This document shows, in pieces, positions 37,099-48,547 of a stretch of 64,000 nt of DNA. Position 1 is the first letter of the stretch. Each line of letters opens with the position of its first letter. Below the pieces are notes generated by a model. That model was not told the origin of the DNA. It saw only the letters and a program-made list of their open reading frames with translations, and did no database searches. Origin of the DNA: Neoconidiobolus thromboides FSU 785. Its lineage: Eukaryota; Fungi; Entomophthoromycota. Both the position numbers and the translations under genes were made by a program. The DNA lies in contig MU626329.1 in assembly GCA_025603075.1 (NCBI GenBank), positions 33,102-97,101 of the forward strand, written 5' to 3'.

Positions 37099-38384
37099 AA
37101 GCTATAATCGATTACTAAGTGTAGATTTGTATGGAAAATTTGTATTAAGTAGCTTGATATTAGTTTGAGGTTGCTTCTTGTTTATTTATATAATCTACTG
37201 TTTAAGGTTATTTTATTAAATTATGAATTACTTGCCCTTTATGATACATTGTATTAGTATAATTTGGTAATTATTATTTTTATAAACGATGAATTTTAAA
37301 TATTTTATTGCTTCACTTTATAACTTGGTATGCTAATAATTAAATCCATCTGAAGGATTCTTAGTCAAAAACTCCTCGAATTTTGGCTAAGAAATCCTTT
37401 AAGCATTTTCTGTAAAATTGAATGAATACAATAGCCCTAAATAGATATCAGTCGAAGGTTGTATTATTATAGAAAAATACGAGAGGATATAGGTCGTTTT
37501 ACTAAAACTTTACAGCTACTGCCCTTTTATAGTAGACAAATAAGTTCATGCAAAAATCTCTAGTTCATCCAATATTTCTCCCAGTAAAGAGGGAAGAAGG
37601 CGAAAAAAAAATCTCTTTCAAGCATCTTCTATCCAAAAACTATCATAAAGTTTTATAAATAGCCCAGAGATGGAACCTATCTGAAGCAGATGGCTTTTTA
37701 AGCTTAAGTTTTAAACCGGAACCTATTTATTTTCAGGCATATATCTTATACTTTATATTAATTTCAATTAAATACAACATATTCATCAATATATTATAAA
37801 TATAAAATTCATTTAGCTTATGTTTTCTAAAGTTCAGTCCTTATATTTCTTTAAAAGAATGGCTTATTTTTACTTTCAAATGAATAACAAAAATATTTAT
37901 GAAGTATTTTTGTTTCAAGCTTAACTTTTAAGCCTGGTTTTTAAAGTTTTTAATATAAGTATAGCTTTTGCAACTTTACTACTTTTAGTAATAATTCTTG
38001 TAAGCAAACTATGTATCTAATTTTTTTTAAAGCTTAATCCAAATTTTAAATTTTAAATCAAAAATCCTTAAATGAACAGTCAAGTTGTAAAAAAGCTGCA
38101 ACAATAGTGATTAAGTTTTTTAAAGTGATTACATTAAAATGGTCTTATAAAAAGTTTTTAAATATAATTTTAAATTAAGAACCATTTTTTCAAAGTTAAA
38201 TTCTACATTGAATGCAATAAATCGAAAATAAGTTAATTTAGTTTCATAGTAACTACCTTTTTAGCTAAATAATGATTTTTTTAATGACATTACATAGATT
38301 TAAAATTTAAGCCAAGAACAAAATTTACAAAGTTTAAGCTTAAAATAAAAATAATTTAGGCTTAAAATTTAATCTTGAAAATAA

Positions 38385-38491
38385 ATATGGGGATGTATTT
38401 TTGTGTTTAAGAATTTTACTGACAATCTTTCCGCTCAAATAGCGCTTAAAAAATGGAAAAAATAATGAAGTCAAAAGAAACACTCCCATAT
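38385..38491 (+). mobile_element. ~105-bp TIR element copy (near consensus, 107 bp)
   Basis: ATATGGGGATGTATTTTT...CCGCTCAAATAGCGCTTAAAAAATGG...AAAAGAAACACTCCCATAT; imperfect ~18-bp terminal inverted repeats. Confidence 0.8.
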
Positions 38492-38912
38492 GATTTATAG
38501 TTCAAAATTAAGCCAAAAGTTCCTTGTTTTGAATAGTTCCCATCTGTTCTGGGTTGCTCAAAATTTCCCAGTAGTAATTTTTAAGCATAATGAGATACTT
38601 GAATGGTCCTTGGTTAAAATTAACGAAAACTTCTAGATAAGGTTATTCTTATTAGACCAGGTTACTATCCGATCAAATAGAGCTATGAAGCGGAATAATA
38701 AAACATTTGTTTAAAAATCATCATTTATAATGAAGTAATTGGTGACTTATACCAATACAGTGCATCATGAAGGGTGGGTAAGTTATAATAATTATAATAA
38801 TATTTCAAAAAATGTAATATATAAACAAATAGAAATTTAGCTCAAGCTATCATCAAACTATCTCAATATCAATATTCTACATATAAATATGCTGAACAGT
38901 CTATTATAAAAT

Positions 38913-39224
38913 ATGAAATCGTTTATTGCTATCCTTATCTCGTTCTTAGCTATTGCCTCTGCTTTAAATTTACCCGAAAGTAACAATGCAACTAGTAGTC
39001 AAGGGGTGACTGCTAAAGGATATGGTTATGAAACTAACCCAAGCATTAATTCTAAATGCCATCAAGTAAATGAATCAAAATCATCAAAAACACCGGGTCA
39101 ATCAGGAGAGCCAGGAGAATCAGATCAATCAGGTCAACTAGGAAAATCAGGAGAACTAGACCAATCAAGTCAATCAAGCCAACCAGAAGAATCAGGAGAA
39201 TCAGGTCAATCAGGGTACTATTAA
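38913..39224 (+). CDS. Truncated paralogue of the GSSGTP-repeat secreted protein (GQSGE-type repeats)
   Basis: MKSFIAILISFLAIASALNLPESNN is nearly identical to 33648. The ancestral tail (DSYGAYNRYGV) lies just past the stop in another frame, so this may be a pseudogene. Confidence 0.7.
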   Translation: MKSFIAILISFLAIASALNLPESNNATSSQGVTAKGYGYETNPSINSKCHQVNESKSSKTPGQSGEPGESDQSGQLGKSGELDQSSQSSQPEESGESGQSGYY

Positions 39225-40522
39225 TCAAGAAGGACAGCTATGGGGCTTACAACCGTTATGGTGTTTGCCAAACCTTGAGTTTGATTTTATTAGAATAAAC
39301 ATTTTGAATTTCAATTTGATGATTTATTCTTTCAAGTTAAGGTTGGCAATATAATTCGAAAAATATAACAAAGTAGTAGCTTCATACAAATAATTGAATG
39401 TCTTGAAATTGTAGTATTTGAGTGTTCTAGGCATGGATACGATAAATGCAGAATTATAGTATACTTTGAATTTATAGTTTTTGCTATTCCTATTTACTAA
39501 TAACCAGCTTAAGCTAAAATTAGTGATGCTTTTACTGCAATAAGGAAATAAATATAAAGCTATAACAATACTTTGCGTTAAAGTATAATCTCAAATAATT
39601 TAGTATAAGTACTCATTTAAATTTATGTATTTTTAGCCATGTAGAGTATATACCAAAAATATTACCATTTATCATACTTTTTAACTATTACTTTAAATAG
39701 CTAATATTTTGTTACGTTTTCAAAAAAATTAAAATACATTTGTGACTGTTTCAAAAGTTTGTAATACTGGTTGAGCTCATAATAAATTAAACCAATATTA
39801 AAAGCCAGTATCTTTAGATCAAGTTAAAAAGTATTTGGCATTAAACTATATTTATGTACATTTCAGCTATATTTTAATTAGAGTCATCTTTAAAGATAAA
39901 TGAAAGTATGAAAAAACATGAAAAAACAAAAGCATAGAAAAATTTTATTGATCAATGTTACTTATTCAATTCTATAAACTTGGATAATCATTTTATAAGA
40001 CATAAAAATATATTTCTATATCGCTTTTAATTTATAGAAATACAATCTATAGTAATTGCCACAGTTATTAAAACAAATTGGAATTTTTTAGGTAATTATT
40101 TGTTTTTTAATTTATAACAAAAATCAAAAAATAGATATATAAAAGTTATTTAATTTAAACAACTATGGCAACTACTATGGCTTGAATACTCATAACCTAT
40201 TGAATTTTCATTTACTTGTCTTTTTACAAACATTTTGCTAGTATTTTTAAATATTTATTAAAGTTTGAATATAGCAGTTAATCTACTTTCATTTTTTACT
40301 AAATAATGGAATGATTAAGCTCATTTATTTAACATTATAATCAAAAATAATAGTTTATTATTTAAAATAAAAAATGTCTTAATTTTATTTTAAAGAATAA
40401 TGATCATAACACTAAACTTGACTAAAAGGTTACCAGTTACAATTTTAAAAATTATCATTTCATAAGCACTCCTCGCTATTTACATTAAGAAATAATAATG
40501 AAAAGTTTACATATTGTTAAAC

Positions 40523-40601
40523 ATATGTAGATGTGTTTTTTTGTCTAATAATTTTACTAATAGCTTTTTCACTTAAATAATGCTTAAAAACACTCTCATA
40601 T
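40523..40601 (+). mobile_element. ~105-bp TIR element copy, internally deleted (~79 bp)
   Basis: ATATGTAGATGTGTTTTT...TTCACTTAAATAATGCTTAAAAACACTCTCATAT. Confidence 0.7.
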
Positions 40602-40688
40602 AACAATATAAATTAGTACAGTGCTATTTGTTAAACAAATCTAGTTTAGTAAAATAAATAAAAACTAATCTGAAACAATACAACAAAG

Positions 40689-40770
40689 GGTGATTTGGCC
40701 GAGCGGTCTAAGGCGTCGCACTCAAGTTGCGATCTCGAAAGAGGCGTGGGTTCGAACCCCACAGTCACTA
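40689..40770 (+). tRNA. tRNA-Leu (CAA)
   Basis: Acceptor GGTGATT/AGTCACT, anticodon arm TCGCA-CTCAAGT-TGCGA, long variable arm, GGTTCGAACCC; 82 nt, no intron. Confidence 0.96.
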
Positions 40771-41313
40771 ATTTTTAGTTATTTTTTAATAAACTTTCAG
40801 ACTATATTGGCCTTGATTCCTTAATTACTTTAGTTTGTATCATAAATAATAAACAGTGATTACTTACAGACTTGAGCTATCGGTTGCTGTAGAAAATATT
40901 ATTTGTGTGTAAAAATCAAATATTTTTTTGTAAAAATATTAACCTGTAGCAATACTTTAACATCACCAATCAGATCTTTCAAAAAGAGATGATTTCTTAT
41001 GAAATGATCTTACATTTAATAAATGCTACTTAGATTATTCACCATGGTTCCTTACTTCATGTATGATTTAAATATTTATAAGTGGCTTCAAATTTATTAT
41101 CGTGACAATCGATTAGTTACCAGTATAAATTCAATTGATTTTCATGTTAAATAAACCACCTAAAATTAGATTACAATTAGTTAATGCTACTAAAGAAATT
41201 GACTATAAATACTCATACTAAAATATTCATAATTATAAAAACAGAAATCGAAAATTTATTAAAATTAACCAATTTAACATCTTGCTGGTCAAAGATACAA
41301 ATTCTCTCACATA

Positions 41314-41715
41314 ATGAAGCTCAACTTATTAGCCATGCCATTTTTAACCTTAAGTATCCTATCTATTCCTTTACAACTCCCACCTCAACCTCATACTCAA
41401 AATCTAGAACGTCGACAATTTGAAATGTTAGCTAGCGCTTTAGGTCCTATGATTGGTAATATTGCTAGTGGGGTAGCTAATCAAGTGGTACAAGGCATAG
41501 CTCAAGGGGGTGGTGGTGGAGGAGCAGGTAATCCATTGGGTGCTTTAATGGGTGGAGGTGGTGGCGGGGAGGGGGGCAAAGAAGGCGGTGGAGGCAATCC
41601 TTTAGCTGCTTTGATGGGTGGAGGTGGTGAAGGGGGAGGTAACCCATTAGCATCCTTAATGGGCGGCGGGGGTGGCGATATGCTATCAGGCTTATTAGGG
41701 GGATTGATGGGATAA
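41314..41715 (+). CDS. Small secreted Gly-rich protein with putative Kex2 site
   Basis: 133 aa; hydrophobic N-terminus, LERR-Q, an amphipathic segment, then three GGG-NPLxxLM-GGG repeats. Confidence 0.7.
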   Translation: MKLNLLAMPFLTLSILSIPLQLPPQPHTQNLERRQFEMLASALGPMIGNIASGVANQVVQGIAQGGGGGGAGNPLGALMGGGGGGEGGKEGGGGNPLAALMGGGGEGGGNPLASLMGGGGGDMLSGLLGGLMG

Positions 41716-41718
41716 ATT

Positions 41719-43173
41719 TTATCTAGGCTTAGATAAAGGATTTGGTAATAATTTATCATCCATATCAATATTTGGATTAATTAAAGTCTTTGAATATCGT
41801 ACACTTTTATGATGTTGTAAAGTAAATAAATCTTGTTGAAATTGTAATTCATTTGATATATTATTATTTGGTTCCCATATTGGGTCTGGGGAATCCCATT
41901 CATAAACAATATTATTAATATCATCAGAGGAAGTCATAGCAGTTTCTGTTAATGCTTTTTGTTGACTATTGTTATCTTTGTTTTTACGATTGTTTCTTCT
42001 TTTTATGTAAAACACTACTATCGTTGCTAAGGCTAATAGTAACAAAAAACTTGCTATGGAAATGATTAATATTAAATACAAAGGCATTCCTTTAGTGGTA
42101 TTATCCATTGATAAACTATTAGTTGAAAGTGGTACGAATTCACTATTAAAAGTCAACGTATTTTGATTTAATAATAATAGATTCTTATTATTATTATTCT
42201 TTGTATAACCAAAAGCAATAATAATATAAGGATAGTAATTGACAATACAAGGACGATAGCCTATAAGATTGTTCTCATTCAAATTGCTTATTTTAGTCCA
42301 TTTAAACTCTCTTAGATTTAAAATATAAAGTTCTTTGGAATATTGAGTATAATTGGTATCATAAATCCCACCTAATAATAGCAATTCATTCTCATTTAAT
42401 TGTACTAATTTACTACCGATCCTTGGCTTAGGTAAATCTCCTTTCAAATCTACTCTTGTAAACTCATAACTAGTTGTATTTAAACTTAATAAATGATTTA
42501 AAGGTATTAAAGTATTATTGAAATATCTACCACCTAAATAATAAATTGCATTATCTTTTTGATTTATAATTGAACAATGATCCATTCGTTTATCTTGGTA
42601 TAAATTACTTTTCATGTTTGTCCATCCTCTTTCATTATTAGAATAAATAAACAAATCTTCATCTACCGTCATAGTAGTGTTATTTAACATACCCCCATAT
42701 AAAATAAATTTATCATCATCTTTAGGATCTTTATTCCAAGTAGCTAAGTAAGGGAATAATAACTCGTCATTACTGGCTTTTAAATTACTTTTACTATCCT
42801 TGGTAAATAGTTGGTTTTTGGAATTGAAGAAATAGAAGTTATTAGTATTATTAGCTCCAGTATTACTTTTTTGATTTGAACTCAAAAAATAAATATCATT
42901 ATAATTACTACCACGAGATATCAAATTGGGATACATCATGGAGATTTTATTACTAATACTTAAATAATGCCAATTACTTTCATAGATAGTGAAATTTTGG
43001 TTTAAATTCAAATAAATGATATCTTCAAATAACTCATTGTTTAATTGTCCTCCCATATAATATATTGTATCATCAATGATTTCACATTCTCCTCCATAAA
43101 AGTTGTTACTTACTTCACTGATTGCTAATTTAGTAAAATAGCTTAGTATTGTTAATATAAAAACTTGTAACAT
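41719..43173 (-). CDS. Kelch-repeat single-pass membrane protein
   Basis: Signal-like MLQVFILTILSYFTKLAIS (upstream in-frame ATG at 43242 possible), kelch motifs (IYYMGGQ, FILYGGM, IYYLGGR, LLLLGGI), TM LILIISIASFLLLLALATIVVFY followed by KRR. Confidence 0.85.
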   Translation of the reverse strand: MLQVFILTILSYFTKLAISEVSNNFYGGECEIIDDTIYYMGGQLNNELFEDIIYLNLNQNFTIYESNWHYLSISNKISMMYPNLISRGSNYNDIYFLSSNQKSNTGANNTNNFYFFNSKNQLFTKDSKSNLKASNDELLFPYLATWNKDPKDDDKFILYGGMLNNTTMTVDEDLFIYSNNERGWTNMKSNLYQDKRMDHCSIINQKDNAIYYLGGRYFNNTLIPLNHLLSLNTTSYEFTRVDLKGDLPKPRIGSKLVQLNENELLLLGGIYDTNYTQYSKELYILNLREFKWTKISNLNENNLIGYRPCIVNYYPYIIIAFGYTKNNNNKNLLLLNQNTLTFNSEFVPLSTNSLSMDNTTKGMPLYLILIISIASFLLLLALATIVVFYIKRRNNRKNKDNNSQQKALTETAMTSSDDINNIVYEWDSPDPIWEPNNNISNELQFQQDLFTLQHHKSVRYSKTLINPNIDMDDKLLPNPLSKPR

Positions 43174-44238
43174 TTTGTCTAAAACTACTAATGTTATAAT
43201 AAAAAGGTATAAAAAAATACAATCGACCCTTAAACATAACATTCTTTATCTATTTGTTATATACAATTTGAACTCAAGCCTCAATTTTAATTATGTATGA
43301 GCATTGATAATAACCTTAAAATTTCGAACTTATTTTCTATTTTATTAAATTCAATCATATCCTTTTTCATGTACATAATTTTTAATCATTAAATTAAACT
43401 ATTTTATTTAAAAATTATGAAAATATAAGTTTTCCTTATTGCATATTATTTTTAGAATTGACGTGGCTATGGCGATGCTTATTAAGGCTTCATAAGAAAT
43501 AGTAGATTATAGGAGCCTCAGCTGCACATTGTCAGAGATAGTAGACGGCCAGACAGAGATCCTGTGAGATCTTACAGCTACTCTTTGATTTTGAGTCTAA
43601 AGTAGAAAAGGAAGAATTCTTTTGCCAAGATTTTGATTCAGAAATCTTGCATAATATCCTTTGATATAGGAAAATCAATTTGTCCATTGCATGATTTGAA
43701 ATATTATAAAGATAACTGTTTTATTACTGTTTAAATGAAATTTTAGTATTAGTTAAATAAATCTAAATCTTTATACAATTTAATTTTAGTTTAATTAAAT
43801 TTAAAGTTATTACGCCTTTTTTTATATCATTTTGTTGATTTTAACAGTTTAATTAAATGACAATTGTATTGATTATTTTCAATTCATAAAAATGTATGAA
43901 AAAGATTAATTCCTTTGCAGTATGTGTCTGTAAGTAATAATTTAAGGAATATAATTAAATTTCGATCTCCGAGGTGTGTCTACTAGCTCTATTAAAATGA
44001 TAAAAAATAAAATAAAAAATCGAAAGACTTATTGTATAGCTTATATTGAAATATATACCTGATAATATAATACAAACTTAAAACAATATTTTTTTATCCC
44101 TTAACTTTACTCTCAGTCATATCCTCAAAATCAGCCTAATTTTTTCTGCTTAATTCATCCACCAATCAAATTCTACTCAATATTCATGAAAAAAGTCTAA
44201 TATTGAGAATCATTTTGGCTTTCCTTTAATTTTCCAAA

Positions 44239-45638
44239 ATGAGCAATCCAACTTCTAAAGTGGACGAATTGAGTACCGAAGCTACCTTACGATTGACGTT
44301 ACAAAATGAAATCAATGAATTAATGGGTACCGGTATTCAATATTATCAACAAAAAAAATTTGAAGCTTCAGTAACTTATTTATCTCAAGGAGTAGCTTTA
44401 ATGTAAGTTTTTAAACAACTAATCGATTGATTGTTATTGAATTAATTGAAATAAATAACATCTCACTTGAAACTAACTTTTAATTTCAGTGAACAAGTAT
44501 ACGGTCCAGTATCATTGATGAATGCTGATGCCTTAGTAAAATATGGAAGAGCATTACTTGAAAATGCGGTTATGAATACAGCCGCTTTAGGTGATAAAAA
44601 AGCAGAAGAAAGCACTGCCGATAATTCAAAAAATCCAGATAGCGTAAAAGTAGAAGATGAAGAAGTATCCGAATATAGTGGTTCCGAAGATGAAGGTTCC
44701 GAAGAAGAGTTGCCTGACATGCGAGGAAAGTTCTTTAGTTTTGGTGCAGATATGGATTTAGCTGAACTAGAAAATGAGCAACCTGAAGAAAATAGAGTAC
44801 CTGAACAAGAAGTCGAAGAAGAGGATGATTTTTCCTTAGCTTGGCAAGCTTTGGATTCAGCTAGAGTCATTTATGAAGAATATATCGAAAAAAAAGAAAG
44901 TGGTAATGAAGCACCTGTGCAATGTAGTTCAACTACAATAATTGAAGATAATAATAATACAAAGTTACATAATATCCGTGTCAAATTATTCGAAGTTTAT
45001 TTAATATTGGGTGATGTTTCCCTGGAATCAGGTATGTCTTTTTTTATTTTACTAATTTTTATTTATTAAAAATAATATATAGAAAACTTTGAACAAGCAT
45101 TAAATGAATACCGATCTGCTGTAGTTGTTCAATATACTTGCTTAGAACCACATGATCGACGATTTGCAGAAGCTCATTATAAGATAGCGGTAGCTTATGA
45201 GTATTTAAATAAAACAAAAGAGGCCAAAGAAGTATTATCAACAGTATTAGATATCCTAGATTCACATATAGAAACATTGAATGAAAATCAAAAGGAAGAA
45301 ATTATTGAATGTAAACAATTAACTAAAGAAATTAATGATAAGGTAAGTTTTTTAAATTTTAGACTATTAAATAGATCAGATTTTAAAATATGAATTATTG
45401 ATTTCTTCTTTAGATAGCTGATTTAGATCATGAAGAAAGTTTACCAGAAGCAGTAACTCAAATGGCAAAAGAAATTTTTGCTAAAGAATTTGAATTTCAA
45501 GGCCCACAGGAAAATGCTATTCCAATTAATCAATTAGTTAAACGCAAATTACCAACAAATGAAGATATTAAAGAAAGTAATACAAATGATAATACAAAAA
45601 ATAATGATACAAAAGAGATTAAAAAGCATAAAAATTAA
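44239..45638 (+). CDS. NASP: NASP/Hif1/Sim3-type histone chaperone (SHNi-TPR), multi-exon
   Basis: VYG..NADALVKYGRALLE, acidic insertion, DFSLAWQALDSARVIY, LGDVSLES|ENFEQALNEY..DRRFAEAHYKIAVAYEY, basic C-terminus. Confidence 0.85.
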
Positions 45639-45734
45639 AAATTATATAAAAAATATAAATTAATAAAATCAAATAAAAATTCAAGTTGTTTGCATTTTAT
45701 TTTAAATATCTTTTTAGTATAATAATTTAAATTT

Positions 45735-47288
45735 TTATTCTTTCTCTTGCTTTGTTGGTGCCTTTGTAAGTTTAGGTAATAGCTCGGGAGCAGTTGGATG
45801 GGGTTCTAATTGAAAATAAGGATGGGAAATAGCCTAAAGAAATAGAAAATAAATAACAAGTAATTCGATGTTTTTTAGATACTTACTTCTGTAGCTGTAA
45901 TTCTTTTCATTGGGTCAAATAAAAACATAGATTCCATAAGGTCCAATGCTTCGTTAGTAGCTGCTTTAAAAATCATTTTAAATGGTGTCTTTTGAATAGG
46001 TTCATGTTTTAAATAATGTTTTAATTGTGTTCTGCCCTAAATAGTTGATATATTAATAAAAACATTTGATAATAATTGTAATAATAAACATTCCAAAACT
46101 CAATTAATAGAAATAAAATATTAATTTAAAACCTACCGGCCAATCCTCATCAGTAGGAGTACCTAAAGCAGAATAAATAGTATCTAGTTGTTGGAGTTCT
46201 GATTCTCCTGGAAGGAATGGAGTACGCAGCATAAGTTCAGCAAATATACAACCAACAGACCACATATCAATACCAGTACCATAACTTGTAGCTCCATAAT
46301 ATAATTCTGGGGCTCGATACCAACTATTCATTTTTTATTAATTCTTGAAATCAAGTACATGAAAGTGTTATTATTATTGTTACCTTGTTACTACTTGTGA
46401 AGTCATTGGATATGGCTCTCCAAATTCTCTAGCTAAACCAAAATCAGCTAATTTTAATACACCATCACTAGCTAATAATAGATTGTTGGGTTTTAAATCC
46501 TAAATAGGAGATTCAATATAAATAAACTATACAATAATAATAATTATGTAGTAATAATATTGAAACTTACTCTGTGTAAAATATTATTATCATGACAAAA
46601 TTCTAAACCCCTTAAAGTCATTAGCATCCAAGATTTAATATCTGATGGCATAAATACTAAATTTTTATCTTTTATAACTTGCTCTAAATCCGATTCCAAA
46701 TACTCTAAGATTAAGTTTAAACTAGTTTTATGCATGTAAACTTCAATTAACTAGAAAAATAAAAATAAGAATTTAATTAACTAAAATAAATAAATAAAAA
46801 AATAAAAATGATTTTAATACTTACTTCAATAATATTTGGATGGGATAATTCTTTTAAGCATTTAATTTCTCTAATGGAAGATATATCTAATCCATTTTGC
46901 ATTTCTTGAACTTTAATCTTTTTAATAGCTACCTTTCTACCAGTAATTTTTTGTTTTCCTAATAATAATAAAACTTTATTAATAATCATTTTATATCCTT
47001 CTTTCCTCTTCACTCACCTAAATAAACCACAGCATAGGTACCTTCACCTAACTTTCTATCTTTTAGATAACCTTCTTCGTCATCGTGATCCGAGTTATAT
47101 AGCTCTTCTTTATTAATGGTAACTGATTTATTATGATCTCGACTCTCTTTTTCTTGTCGATAGGTATCTTCCATATCTTCAGTTTCACTACTAACTTCAT
47201 TTTCATTGATTTGGGCAATGTCATCTAACCCAATTTCATATTCTTTTAAAGGATCTTCTAAGTTTTTAGTTAAATTTGGGGAACTCAT
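45735..47288 (-). CDS. KIN28: CDK7/Kin28 (TFIIH kinase), multi-exon
   Basis: [27 protein letters not shown]-loop PMTSQVVTR|[38 protein letters not shown]. Confidence 0.9.
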
Positions 47289-47421
47289 TTTTTTTATATT
47301 TGAAATTAAAATAATTAAAAAAATAAGTAAATGTTTGTAATTCCATTTTTTTTAAAATATAATTTGAATTTTGCTTGCATCACTTTGAAATTTTTTTATC
47401 TTTTTTTAAATAATTTTTAAA

Positions 47422-48505
47422 ATGAAACAAATTCAGCTGATACTAATACTCATATTTCAATTATTAGCCATCCAATCTCAATTCAATGAAAAACTAACTA
47501 TCAATAAGTTAAATAATCGATATACATTATTGAATTTAAATTTACAACTAATTGATAACTACCCAACCACAAGTAATTTCCATCTTTTTTCTACTAACTC
47601 TTATTAAACATCTTTTTCGTTTAGCTGGCGGTATCAATAGATATCATTTAATCCGTCGATCTCTTAGCGAAATCATATTACAAAACCAAATCTCAGAATT
47701 AGATTTAAAATTCACTCGAGGGGTTTGGAATAGTGTCCATTATGGATCAGCAAAGAAAGACTATAGTATCAGTAACTCAGGAGTACAATTGGTAACTTGG
47801 TTTAACATTACTAATAATAAAGAGTTCAATGAAAAGTGGGAACAAACAACTAGCTCTTTATCGGGTATGTTTTGTACAGCATTGATGAAGTTTAATAGTA
47901 AATTGAGTACAGTGAAACCAAAATTTTGTTTTCAAAGAGAAGAAAAAGAGGAATTGGAAAAAAACAATGAAAGTAAGTAAAAACAGTATTTTATTTTATC
48001 TTATTTTATTTATCTATTTTATAAATAGATGTAGGCTTTTTACATATTTCGGAAGATATATGTACTGAAAATCTAAGGCCCTTTATTAATTTATTACCCT
48101 GCAAAAATAAGTTTGGATTAGCTAGTTTATTAGCACCCAAATTAATTTATGATACTAAATATCACTCAATGAGAATCAATAGTAAAGCAGTTTGTTTGGT
48201 AAGTTAAAAGTTTTATTATCATTAATAATATTGATATTTATTTATTTGTTTTTATTCTTATTTTTTAGAGAGAAAAATGTAATAATATTAATGACTATAA
48301 TTTAAAATTACATTTGACATTAACTTTGGTATTTGATACGAGTTTAAAATTTAATAGTAATGGGGAAAGTATTGAATTAAGTAAATTCATTAGTAATGAG
48401 TTCAAAGATTGTAAACTATCTACTAGGAGTGAACTTATAATTAATGATAATATATATAATCTAAAAAAAGATAATGAAAAACAAAGTATTAAAGATTTAG
48501 TAATT

Positions 48506-48547
<42 letters not shown>

